This document shows, in pieces, positions 25,630 through 34,200 of a stretch of 64,000 bases of DNA. Both the position numbers and the translations under genes were made by a program. The notes beneath the pieces are model-generated. The model was not told where the DNA came from and searched no databases. It saw only the letters and a list, made by a program, of their open reading frames with translations. Positions within the stretch are counted from its first letter, which is position 1, and each line of letters opens with the position of its first letter. This DNA comes from Planctomycetota bacterium (GTDB lineage Bacteria; Planctomycetota; Brocadiia; Brocadiales; Bathyanammoxibiaceae): assembly GCA_023261505.1 (NCBI GenBank), contig JAHFOV010000003.1:3911-67910 (forward strand), given 5' to 3'.

Positions 25630-27747
25630 TTAGCTGGCAGCCGTTTCCTGGGCTGGGGTTTTTTCTGGCAGCTTGTAAGTAACGTACTTACATTGGGGGT
25701 ATTTACTGCAACCAAAGAATTTTCGACCCTTCTTGGACCGTCTCTGTACTAGCTCTCCATCACAACCCTCCTGGGGGCACTTAACCCCGGTGGTAACGGG
25801 TTTGACATTCTTACATTTTGGATAGGATGTACATCCCCAGAAATTCCCATAGGGACCACTTTTAATGGCCATGGGGCTTCCACATTTGTCACAAGGAGTA
25901 CCCTCCATTACAGGCTGATGATCTGTAGGAAGTGGCATAGTGAATTCACATTTTGGATAAGTGGAGCACCCAAGAAACTTTCCTGTCTTACTCCAGCGAA
26001 TCACCATAGGAGAACCACAGAGCTTACAGGTGTGTTCGCTCTCCTCCGCAGTGCCCTTTTCGCTACGCATCTCTTCCATAGCCTTTCCCAGTTCCACTTT
26101 AAAAGGGCCGTAGAATTCCTTCAAGATACTCACCCAATCGGCCTTGGCCTCTTCAATCTCATCAAGCCTCTCCTCCATAGAGGAGGTGAATTCCACGTCC
26201 AAAATCCTAGGAAAATGCTGAACAAGTTTGTCTGTGACCAGGATACCTAGTTCAGTAGGGATGAGGGTGCTATTTTCCTTCTTTACGTAACCCCTATCCT
26301 GGATAGTGGAGATAATGGGGGCATAGGTGCTGGGCCTGCCTATACCATTTTTTTCCAGGGCCTTTACTAGGGTGGCTTCGGTGTACCTTGGGGGAGGCTC
26401 TGTGAAGTGTTGGCTCGGTTCTAGCTCCAGAAGTTCTAACTCTTTCCCTACTTCTAACTCTGGAAGGGCCTCTTCTTCCATAGACCCAGTGAGCAAGGTA
26501 TGACCAGGAAAGATAAGTACTCTGCCCTTAGCCCTGAAGATGCAATTATTGGCCGTTATCTTTACATCTGTAAGGTCATATAGCGCGGGTGTCATCTGAC
26601 AGGCTACGAAACGCCTCCAGATAAGCTCGTATAGTTTGTACTGGTCTTCTGTAAGATAAGGTTTTACCCTTCCGGGGGTAAGTTCTACATAAGTGGGGCG
26701 TATTGCCTCATGGGCCTCCTGGGCTCCTTTTCTGGAAGGGAAATGATTAGGCGCAGGGGGTAAGTAATCTTTTCCGAATTCTTGGAGGATGAGGCTTCTT
26801 ACAGCCTCAAGGGCCCCCTGGGCGAGATGATATGAATCCGTTCTCATATACGTAATAAGCCCCACCGGACCTTCTGCTAGATCAACACCCTCATAAAGCT
26901 GTTGGGCCAGGAGCATTGTCTTTTTTGTACTAAAGCGGAGCTGGATAGAGGCCTGCTGCTGTAACTGGCTGGTTATAAAGGGCGGTGGAGGTGCATTACG
27001 CCTCCTCTGTTTAGTTACCTCGCTGACTACGAACTTAGAGTTTTTAAGAAACCCTACCAATCTCCTGGCTTCGGCCTCGTTATGGAGGGCAACCTCTTTT
27101 TCACCCTCTTTCCAGAGCTTGGCAAAAAACTCGTCTTCCTTAGAGCCTTTAGGCCTAAGCCTTGCCGTAATTTCCCAATACTCCTGGGGTTTGAAGGCCT
27201 GGATTTCCTTCTCCCTTTCCACCAGAAGTCTTACGGCTACTGACTGCACCCTCCCTGCACTTAGCCCCTTAGCTACCTTCTTCCATAAAATTGGGCTTAT
27301 TTGATAGCCTACCAGTCGGTCCAATATCCTCCTTGCCTGCTGGGCATTCACCTTGTTCATGTCTATGGTACTAGGATATTGGAAAGCCTTTTCAATAGCC
27401 TCAGGGGTAATCTCGTTAAAGACGACCCTACGTACCTTATCCTCAGGTAGCTTCAGGGCATGGCATAGGTGCCAGGCGATCGCCTCCCCTTCCCTATCTT
27501 TATCAGGGGCAAGATAGACCAGTTCGGCGCCCTTCGTTTCCTCCTTTAAGGTCTTTACCACTTCCCTACGGCTAGGAATAATCTGGTACTGTGGTTCAAA
27601 GTCCTTCTCCACATCCACAGCCAGCTTGCTTTCAGGCAGGTCTCTTACGTGCCCCATTGAAGAACATACTTTGTACTTGGAGCCCAAGAACTTATTTATG
27701 GTCTTTGCCTTTGTAGGTGATTCGACTATAACTATTCTTTTACCCAT
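25630..27747 (-). CDS. topA: DNA topoisomerase I with C-terminal zinc-ribbon repeats
   Basis: Toprim N-terminus KRIVIVESPTKAKTINKFLG, active-site region ITYMRTDS and several C-x2-C..C-x2-C fingers at the C-terminus. Confidence 0.95.
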   Translation of the reverse strand: MGKRIVIVESPTKAKTINKFLGSKYKVCSSMGHVRDLPESKLAVDVEKDFEPQYQIIPSRREVVKTLKEETKGAELVYLAPDKDREGEAIAWHLCHALKLPEDKVRRVVFNEITPEAIEKAFQYPSTIDMNKVNAQQARRILDRLVGYQISPILWKKVAKGLSAGRVQSVAVRLLVEREKEIQAFKPQEYWEITARLRPKGSKEDEFFAKLWKEGEKEVALHNEAEARRLVGFLKNSKFVVSEVTKQRRRNAPPPPFITSQLQQQASIQLRFSTKKTMLLAQQLYEGVDLAEGPVGLITYMRTDSYHLAQGALEAVRSLILQEFGKDYLPPAPNHFPSRKGAQEAHEAIRPTYVELTPGRVKPYLTEDQYKLYELIWRRFVACQMTPALYDLTDVKITANNCIFRAKGRVLIFPGHTLLTGSMEEEALPELEVGKELELLELEPSQHFTEPPPRYTEATLVKALEKNGIGRPSTYAPIISTIQDRGYVKKENSTLIPTELGILVTDKLVQHFPRILDVEFTSSMEERLDEIEEAKADWVSILKEFYGPFKVELGKAMEEMRSEKGTAEESEHTCKLCGSPMVIRWSKTGKFLGCSTYPKCEFTMPLPTDHQPVMEGTPCDKCGSPMAIKSGPYGNFWGCTSYPKCKNVKPVTTGVKCPQEGCDGELVQRRSKKGRKFFGCSKYPQCKYVTYKLPEKTPAQETAAS

Positions 27748-27892
27748 AAGATATGCGCTTTCTATCCTCTATATAAAACACAACCAAGAATGAATTCTAA
27801 TAAAAATTGGTAAAAAGTGTCAAGGATAAATCGATTTCTAATCACAAATTATAGGTCATAAATCTATTTGAAATTTGTTCTTAAAGTGGGGA

Positions 27893-27920
27893 TTGCCTCT
27901 CTCTTTTAATAGGGTATACT
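27893..27920 (+). promoter_or_regulatory. Candidate promoter TTGCCT-N16-TATACT for hom (near-leaderless)
   Basis: The -10 box ends 7 nt before ATG 27928, and no Shine-Dalgarno is present. Confidence 0.3.
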
Positions 27921-27927
27921 ATACACA

Positions 27928-29301
27928 ATGGCAAACAAGGTAGTAAAAATAGGACTGCTTGGTTCTGGAACTGTGGGCAATGGTGTACAGGATATCCTTT
28001 TCCAGGATAGTCAGGAATTGGAAAAGAAGCTAGGCCTTCGCCTAGAGATAGAGAAGATATACACAAGAAGCCCACAAAAGAAGCCCTGGTTCTCCAGTCT
28101 GCCTCAAAAATTCACAACCCGACCTGCCGAGGTAACAAAGCATCCAGAGATATCTATAGTAGTAGAGGTTCTGGGTCTCGAAAGGCAGGAGGATGCCAAA
28201 AATGTAGCAAATTACATTATAGACGCCTTTAGGGCAGGCAAGGCAGTGGTAACTGCCAACAAGGCTGTCCTGGCCAGCTATGGAGAAGAGATTCATCGAG
28301 CCGCTACAGAGGCTAATAGGGACCTACGTTTTGAGGCCTCTGTGGCTGGGGGTATCCCAATAATACGTTCCCTGGGTGAAGGACTTCTACCAGACCACAT
28401 AAATCAACTCTACGGTATTCTGAACGGCACTTGCAACTATATACTTTCTAGCATCAGCAATCAGGGTAAGACATTTGAATCAGCCCTCCAGGAAGCCCAA
28501 AAGTTGGGCTACGCAGAGACCGATCCTACAGCCGATATAAGAGGCTATGACACCAGAGATAAGCTAATTGTCCTCCTGCAGCTCCTTTACGGCCTTTTTG
28601 TAAAAAGAGAGGATGTCACCACAGAAGGTATAGACCACCTTGAAAAAGTTGATTTTGACTACGCGCAACAAAAACTGCATTCAAACGTAAAACTCTTGGG
28701 ATATATCAGGAGAAAAGATAATGATGTAGTCGCAAGGGTGTCTCCAATCATGATGAAGAGCGACCATGTACTGGCACGGGTGGACGGTGCCCTAAATGCA
28801 ATCCTGGTAGACAGTCAATATTGTGAGACCATGTGCTTTGTGGGAAAAGGGGCAGGAGCAGGACCTACGGCTAACTCCGTCGTTTCAGACGTCGTCTCCA
28901 TCGCCATGGGACATCATATCCAGCGCAGGCCAATAGGCTTCCAGCACAATAAGCTCCTTGAGGAAAAAGAGGAAAACAAATACTACATAAGATTTGTGGT
29001 CAAGGACAGGCCAGGTATAGTGAGTGAAATCCTGAGCTACCTCAAAGAGAACATGGTCAATGTAGATGAGGTTCTCCAACTTCGACATTCTCAGGAGGAA
29101 AGGACCTATTTTAAGAAAAAATGCGGCTTCACGGGCGCGGCAGACAAAATACTTCCTTTCATCCTGACTGTAGAACCCTGCCGTGAGATCCCTTTGAGAA
29201 AAGCCCTTGACGGTATAAAAAGGCAGGACTTTCTCCTTACCGAACCAGTGGTAATAAAAATGCTACCTAGTTTACCAGATGTGGTAACCCATCAAGTCTA
29301 A
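27928..29301 (+). CDS. hom: Homoserine dehydrogenase with a C-terminal ACT-like domain
   Basis: VKIGLLGSGTVGNGV Rossmann motif, LYGILNGTCNYILS, and the ACT-like YYIRFVVKDRPGIVSEI. Confidence 0.9.
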   Translation: MANKVVKIGLLGSGTVGNGVQDILFQDSQELEKKLGLRLEIEKIYTRSPQKKPWFSSLPQKFTTRPAEVTKHPEISIVVEVLGLERQEDAKNVANYIIDAFRAGKAVVTANKAVLASYGEEIHRAATEANRDLRFEASVAGGIPIIRSLGEGLLPDHINQLYGILNGTCNYILSSISNQGKTFESALQEAQKLGYAETDPTADIRGYDTRDKLIVLLQLLYGLFVKREDVTTEGIDHLEKVDFDYAQQKLHSNVKLLGYIRRKDNDVVARVSPIMMKSDHVLARVDGALNAILVDSQYCETMCFVGKGAGAGPTANSVVSDVVSIAMGHHIQRRPIGFQHNKLLEEKEENKYYIRFVVKDRPGIVSEILSYLKENMVNVDEVLQLRHSQEERTYFKKKCGFTGAADKILPFILTVEPCREIPLRKALDGIKRQDFLLTEPVVIKMLPSLPDVVTHQV

Positions 29302-29341
29302 ATCTTGTAGTGAAAGAAGTGAATCTATTGGAGGTATAAAA

Positions 29342-30811
29342 ATGATTACAGCAACCACTCCACAGCCAACAAAGATAAAACCGGGGAAGATGCTTATTGA
29401 TGGGAAATGGGCAGATTCTCTTTCCGGCAAGACCTTCGAGACCATTAACCCTGCTACTGGTGAGGTTATTACGAAAATAGCCGAAGGAGATAAAGAGGAC
29501 GTGGCTTTAGCAGTTAAGGCCGCCAGGAAGGCCTTTGAGGTGGGGCCGTGGCCTAAAATGGATGCAAGGGACAGGGGCAAAATCCTGGCAAAGGTGGCTG
29601 AACTCATTATGAAGAACCTGGAAGAACTTGCCGTCATGGAGACCGTGGATAGCGGCAAACCTATTACCCAAAGCCGTAAAGGGGATGTTCCTTACACGGC
29701 GGAAACCTTCTTCTATTATGCGGGCTGGCCGGACAAGATCCATGGAGAGACCATCCCTGTCAGGGGTAACTATTTCAACTATACACTTAGAGAACCTGTG
29801 GGTGTGGTAGGACAAATAATACCATGGAACTTCCCTCTAGTTTTGGCATCCTGGAAGCTAGGGCCTGCCCTGGCCTGCGGCAATACGGTGGTGCTTAAGC
29901 CCTCCAAGTTGGCGCCGCTAACTTGCCTCCGCCTTGGAGAGCTTTTTATGGAGGCGGGGCTACCTGAGGGCGTGCTTAACATACTAACTGGTTCTGGGGA
30001 GACGGTTGGTACCGCTATAGCTCAGCACCCAGGAATTGATGTGGTAGCCTTAACCGGAGAAACCATCACTGGTAAATCCATCATGCGGAACGCCGCAGAC
30101 ACACTGAAGAGGGTATCCATGGAGCTTGGCGGCAAAAGCCCTAATATAGTATTTGCCGATGCTGATATTGAGTCCGCAATAAAAGGTTCCCTCTTTGGTA
30201 TTTTTTTTAACCAGGGGGAGTGCTGCAATGCGGGCAGCAGGTTACTTTTAGAAAAGAAGCTTCACGATGAGTTCATTGAGAAGATGACTACCTTCGCCAA
30301 CAAATTGAAGGTGGGAGATACATTAGACCCCGAGACAGAGATTGGGCCTTTGATATCTCAGGGTCAGTTTAACAAGGTCATAAGATACATTGAGGAGGGG
30401 AAAAAAGAGGGCTGCAGGTTAGCCTGCGGTGGCGAACCTCTTGGTGGTAAGGGCTACTTCATAAAGCCTACCATCTTTGATAATGTGAAAAACGACATGA
30501 AGATTGCCAGGGAAGAAATCTTTGGCCCCGTGCTAGCTACCGTCACCTTTAAGGATATAGATGAAGCAATAGAGGCGGGGAATCTGAGCGACTACGGCCT
30601 AGCGGCGGGGGTATGGACCAGGGATATAAGGAAAGCGCACCTGGTGGCCCGCCGTTTAAGGGCAGGCACCGTCTGGATCAACACCTACGCCGCCTTTGAT
30701 CCTGCAAGTCCCTTCGGAGGCTACAAACAGTCTGGCTTCGGCAGGGAACAGGGCATCCACAGCCTGGAACTCTATACCCAGGTAAAAAGCGTGTGGGTGA
30801 ATCTGGAGTAA
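29342..30811 (+). CDS. NAD(P)+-dependent aldehyde dehydrogenase
   Basis: ELGGKSP, FFNQGECCNAGSR (catalytic Cys), EEIFGPV and PFGGYKQSGFGRE. GGAGG lies upstream of the ATG. Confidence 0.9.
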   Translation: MITATTPQPTKIKPGKMLIDGKWADSLSGKTFETINPATGEVITKIAEGDKEDVALAVKAARKAFEVGPWPKMDARDRGKILAKVAELIMKNLEELAVMETVDSGKPITQSRKGDVPYTAETFFYYAGWPDKIHGETIPVRGNYFNYTLREPVGVVGQIIPWNFPLVLASWKLGPALACGNTVVLKPSKLAPLTCLRLGELFMEAGLPEGVLNILTGSGETVGTAIAQHPGIDVVALTGETITGKSIMRNAADTLKRVSMELGGKSPNIVFADADIESAIKGSLFGIFFNQGECCNAGSRLLLEKKLHDEFIEKMTTFANKLKVGDTLDPETEIGPLISQGQFNKVIRYIEEGKKEGCRLACGGEPLGGKGYFIKPTIFDNVKNDMKIAREEIFGPVLATVTFKDIDEAIEAGNLSDYGLAAGVWTRDIRKAHLVARRLRAGTVWINTYAAFDPASPFGGYKQSGFGREQGIHSLELYTQVKSVWVNLE

Positions 30812-30873
30812 GAAATTCTAGGGATAGGTACTAATGTATAACCTCAAGCCCTTTAGCCTAACAGGAGAGTAAA

Positions 30874-31173
30874 ATGCCCGTTCTCAGCTTGTTTACTATG
30901 GAGATTAAACCAGAGGGATTGGGAGAATTTTTAAACGATCTCTGCGAATTTTTGCCAATAGCCAACCAGGCAAAAGGATTGCTTTCCTCAGAAATCTTTA
31001 CAAGTACGGACAACAAATACAAGTACCTCTTTGTCTCAGAGTGGGAAAGCGAGGAGGACATACAGGCCTGGCTTCTTCAGCCCGACCACAGAAGGCTGAT
31101 AGTCAAGAGTAAACAGACTTATCAGATAAGACACGTCCGCAGGCGATTCTTGGAGATACCAAAAATAAAATAG
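30874..31173 (+). CDS. ABM-domain (antibiotic biosynthesis monooxygenase-like) small protein
   Basis: 99 aa with a ferredoxin-like pattern and FVSEWESEEDIQAWLLQPDH. Confidence 0.7.
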   Translation: MPVLSLFTMEIKPEGLGEFLNDLCEFLPIANQAKGLLSSEIFTSTDNKYKYLFVSEWESEEDIQAWLLQPDHRRLIVKSKQTYQIRHVRRRFLEIPKIK

Positions 31174-31240
31174 CTTCTTTGTGCAGAACAATTTCGATGA
31201 GCCGTTGGTGATTAAGAAAATCTAAGTTTAAGATATAGGC

Positions 31241-31870
31241 ATGATAGATCCAGTACCAGTTGACACAATTATAAAAGGAATTTTAGAAGCTCCATTTGAA
31301 AGTCGTTCAGTGGAATTAAAGCCGTCTATCCCTTGGAACGACCTTAATCAGCAACAACAGCTTCAGGAAATTGTCAAATCAATCTTAGGAATGTCAAATA
31401 TAAAGGATGGTGGAAAAATAATTTTAGGTGTTAAGCAGAATCCAGATAAATCTTTTGAAATTGAAGGAATGGAAGAAAATCATTTAAAGACATACGATCA
31501 AGAGAAGATTTATCAAGATGTTAGAAATATTGGAGAACCAGAACCAAGATTTGAGATAAAGAATATGGAATATGGCGGTAAATGTTTTATTGTATTTTTA
31601 ATTCAAGAGTTTTTGTATTCTCCTATTATTTGTAGAAAGGATGGAAAAAATCTTGGAAAGGAACCCTTAGTTAAAGGGGCTTTATATATCAGAACGCACA
31701 AGCCTGAGACGAAAAAGGTAGATAATGAGACAGAAATGAGAGAGATTATTAACTTAGCTGTAGATAAAGAATTGGACCAGTTTCTAAAAAGAAAACAGCG
31801 ACTCGAGATTTCCAAAAGCTGGGAAGATGATAAAGAACAATTTTATGCAGAAATAAAAGACATCCTATGA
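31241..31870 (+). CDS. AlbA_2 (Schlafen-type divergent AAA/DNA-binding)-like domain protein
   Basis: ESRSVELKPSI..(25 aa)..ILGMSNIKDGGKIILGV fits the E..lEfK...AfaNt.GG.lliGv pattern. The gene is AT-rich. Confidence 0.5.
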   Translation: MIDPVPVDTIIKGILEAPFESRSVELKPSIPWNDLNQQQQLQEIVKSILGMSNIKDGGKIILGVKQNPDKSFEIEGMEENHLKTYDQEKIYQDVRNIGEPEPRFEIKNMEYGGKCFIVFLIQEFLYSPIICRKDGKNLGKEPLVKGALYIRTHKPETKKVDNETEMREIINLAVDKELDQFLKRKQRLEISKSWEDDKEQFYAEIKDIL

Positions 31871-32580
31871 ACCAAAAAGATAAAACCATAAACAAAATCA
31901 AATCAAAAGGATATTGGGTCATTAACATCCACCCAGAGGTTTATCAAGAAAAAAGAATTGAACAAAGAAGCAAAATTAAAGACGTTGTTCGTAATGCTGT
32001 GGTCGGTTTGCGCGGTTGGGATTATCCGCACTATTTTAGCGTTGGCGAGCATGAACCTTATATTATTGGAAACTGTATGGAAAGCTTTAAAGATTGGGAA
32101 AACCATATTGAATTTTGGAGGATGACTCAAAGCGCTAATTTTGTTCACTTACTAGCACTCAGAGAGGATTGGTCGGGTAATATCAAATATCAAAATGTTT
32201 GGGCACCTGGAGATAAGTCGACGGTGGAAAAAATACTGAGTGTGTTCAATACTTTATACACACTAACCGAAATTTTTGAATTTGCTAAACGTTTAGTGCA
32301 ACAGAACATTTTTGACCCAAATGTGGTAATTCAACTTACATTGTATGACCTTTTAGACCGTCATTTGCTTGCAGATTCATGGCCACGTATCATGCCCCAT
32401 GTTTCAAAAACATATAGCTGGCCATGGATTAATACTTATCCTGTGGAAGATATACTAAATAAAACTTATGAATTTGCTTTTGACGCTTTTAGAGACCTTA
32501 TAGACCTTTTTGGATGGGATAATCCACCCATAGATATGTTAAAAAACGAGCAACAGAAATTTGTGCAGGGAAAGATATAG
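31867..32580 (+). CDS. Hypothetical protein coupled to the AlbA_2-like gene
   Basis: ATGA overlap with the upstream gene. 237 aa, Trp-rich, with no recognisable motif. Confidence 0.5.
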   Translation: MNQKDKTINKIKSKGYWVINIHPEVYQEKRIEQRSKIKDVVRNAVVGLRGWDYPHYFSVGEHEPYIIGNCMESFKDWENHIEFWRMTQSANFVHLLALREDWSGNIKYQNVWAPGDKSTVEKILSVFNTLYTLTEIFEFAKRLVQQNIFDPNVVIQLTLYDLLDRHLLADSWPRIMPHVSKTYSWPWINTYPVEDILNKTYEFAFDAFRDLIDLFGWDNPPIDMLKNEQQKFVQGKI

Positions 32581-32775
32581 ATTATGCAAGTGGTTGAGTT
32601 ACTATTACATTCTTTTAGCACTTGCCCAATACTTTGAGAAATATATCGTTTAATAAGAAAAAGATAAATTTTTGCTTCTAAGCTACACAGTTATCTTTGA
32701 GCCACAGCCTGAGTGGGGCTACACAGTTGTAGCTGCTAAAGGATAAGGTCTTGGTGGGTCGGAAGTGCCGCTGCT

Positions 32776-34011
32776 TTAGTCTATATAATTCTTTACCATC
32801 CCGTGTTGTATTAGTACATTTGGGTTGTAATAGTATTGAGACGTTTGAAACTTTGAGGGTAGTAGGAGATACCTTCCGGGGCTACCGTCATTCCTTACAT
32901 AGAAGATAAAAGCGTAAGGGGGGAATATCCCTTCAGGGCATATCCATCCCCCGGTGTTCCATAGATTTATGTATTTTTTGCCTTTTTCTGTTTCTATAAA
33001 ACATTTCTGCCTGGAGGCCCCTATTCGGCCGCCAATATGGGTGTGACCACAGACGTAGTGAAACTCAATGTCTTGAGGGTCAGGTATAAGCTTCGGCACA
33101 TTGCACCTCTTTATAAACCAGGCAATATCTTCAGGTTCACGTTCGTCCACGCCCTGTGCGTCTATCTGATAGTACGTTCCAACATTTGAGGGCCAAATAC
33201 GGCTAGTTAAGGATTCTCTAACATTTTGATAAATCCCGTAAGGGTACAGGTAACCCCACTCCTTGATTAACCTCCATTGTCTTTTTATAAAATCTTCTTT
33301 AGCGCTGGTTCCCCAAAGCGTATAGATGATAGAATGGGCCATGGATTCAAGTTCTTCAACGTCACGGGCTTCCTTAATTCCCTTCTTGCCTCCCAGAACG
33401 AGGGAAGAGGTAAGATGGCCATGGTGGAACATATAGAAGTGATTTTTAACCTGGAAGCAGTAAAACGGATAAACCACCTTAGTATTATATGTGCTCTGGT
33501 AAGAGACAATCTTGAAGGGATTATTAGTAATAACGGAGTACTCAACATCCCACTTGCCATTCTTTTCAACAACCTTAAAGTTTGTTTTAAGACATTCGGA
33601 ATAAGGTTTGGGTTTATATTTTTCCTCTACTGCGTCGACCCAAAGTCCGTAGTCATGATTTCCTGGCACATAGACGACTGTCCCTATATCAAGCTTTGCC
33701 TTATCAAACGATTCCAATAGTGCCTTGACGTTCTCTCTCGAATCCCTGTAAGGCCCTTGTGCATCCTTACTTTCATCTAATATGAGGTCCAGGATGTCAC
33801 CCAAAAGGATAAGTTCATCAATTTTAGGCTCCTCAGTCCCTTTGTTTGAAGCTATATTCAATATAACATTGGTGAGGTCATCTATGGCATTATTGATTGG
33901 CGAGTTCAAATTTATTTTGTCTGGCGGGGCATTGTTAGGATTTTGATTGCAGAGGATGCTCGCATAAGCGCCAAGGTGCAAGTCTGAAAGGACTACCGCC
34001 TTTACCCCCAT
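32776..34011 (-). CDS. Calcineurin-like metallophosphoesterase (411 aa)
   Basis: Ordered metal-ligand motifs: VLSDLHLG (DxH), LLGDILD (GDxxD), VPGNHD (GNHD), FHHGH and CGHTHIGG (GHxH). AAGGAG lies upstream of the ATG. Confidence 0.75.
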   Translation of the reverse strand: MGVKAVVLSDLHLGAYASILCNQNPNNAPPDKINLNSPINNAIDDLTNVILNIASNKGTEEPKIDELILLGDILDLILDESKDAQGPYRDSRENVKALLESFDKAKLDIGTVVYVPGNHDYGLWVDAVEEKYKPKPYSECLKTNFKVVEKNGKWDVEYSVITNNPFKIVSYQSTYNTKVVYPFYCFQVKNHFYMFHHGHLTSSLVLGGKKGIKEARDVEELESMAHSIIYTLWGTSAKEDFIKRQWRLIKEWGYLYPYGIYQNVRESLTSRIWPSNVGTYYQIDAQGVDEREPEDIAWFIKRCNVPKLIPDPQDIEFHYVCGHTHIGGRIGASRQKCFIETEKGKKYINLWNTGGWICPEGIFPPYAFIFYVRNDGSPGRYLLLPSKFQTSQYYYNPNVLIQHGMVKNYID

Positions 34012-34022
34012 AATAGTCTCCT

Positions 34023-34050
34023 TTCTTTAAAGAATTACCGTCTTTAAAGA
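34023..34050. promoter_or_regulatory. Two palindromic operator-like sites (TTCTTTAAAGAA and TCTTTAAAGA), 17 bp centre to centre
   Basis: Perfect 12-bp palindrome at 34023-34034 and perfect 10-bp palindrome at 34041-50. The first abuts or overlaps the AAGGAG RBS of the metallophosphoesterase gene. Confidence 0.45.
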
Positions 34051-34123
34051 ATACGGGCCTAGATAAATCCCTATGCCAGTGTAACCTTCTCTACTGCGGC
34101 GCAGACCTCATATTCTGGAGTTG

Positions 34124-34200
34124 TGGTCACAGGTCACAAGGAACATGAAAAAGAGAAAATCTTTACTTAGTACCTGTTTCCTGTTTCCTGTCCCCTGTTG
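34124..34200. repeat. Heptamer array with inverted halves (GGTCACA... / ...CCTGTTT)
   Basis: tggtcac aggtcac aaggaac atgaaaa agagaaa atcttta cttagta cctgttt cctgttt cctgtcc cctgttg. The right half encodes the last 13 codons of fdhA. Confidence 0.7.
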
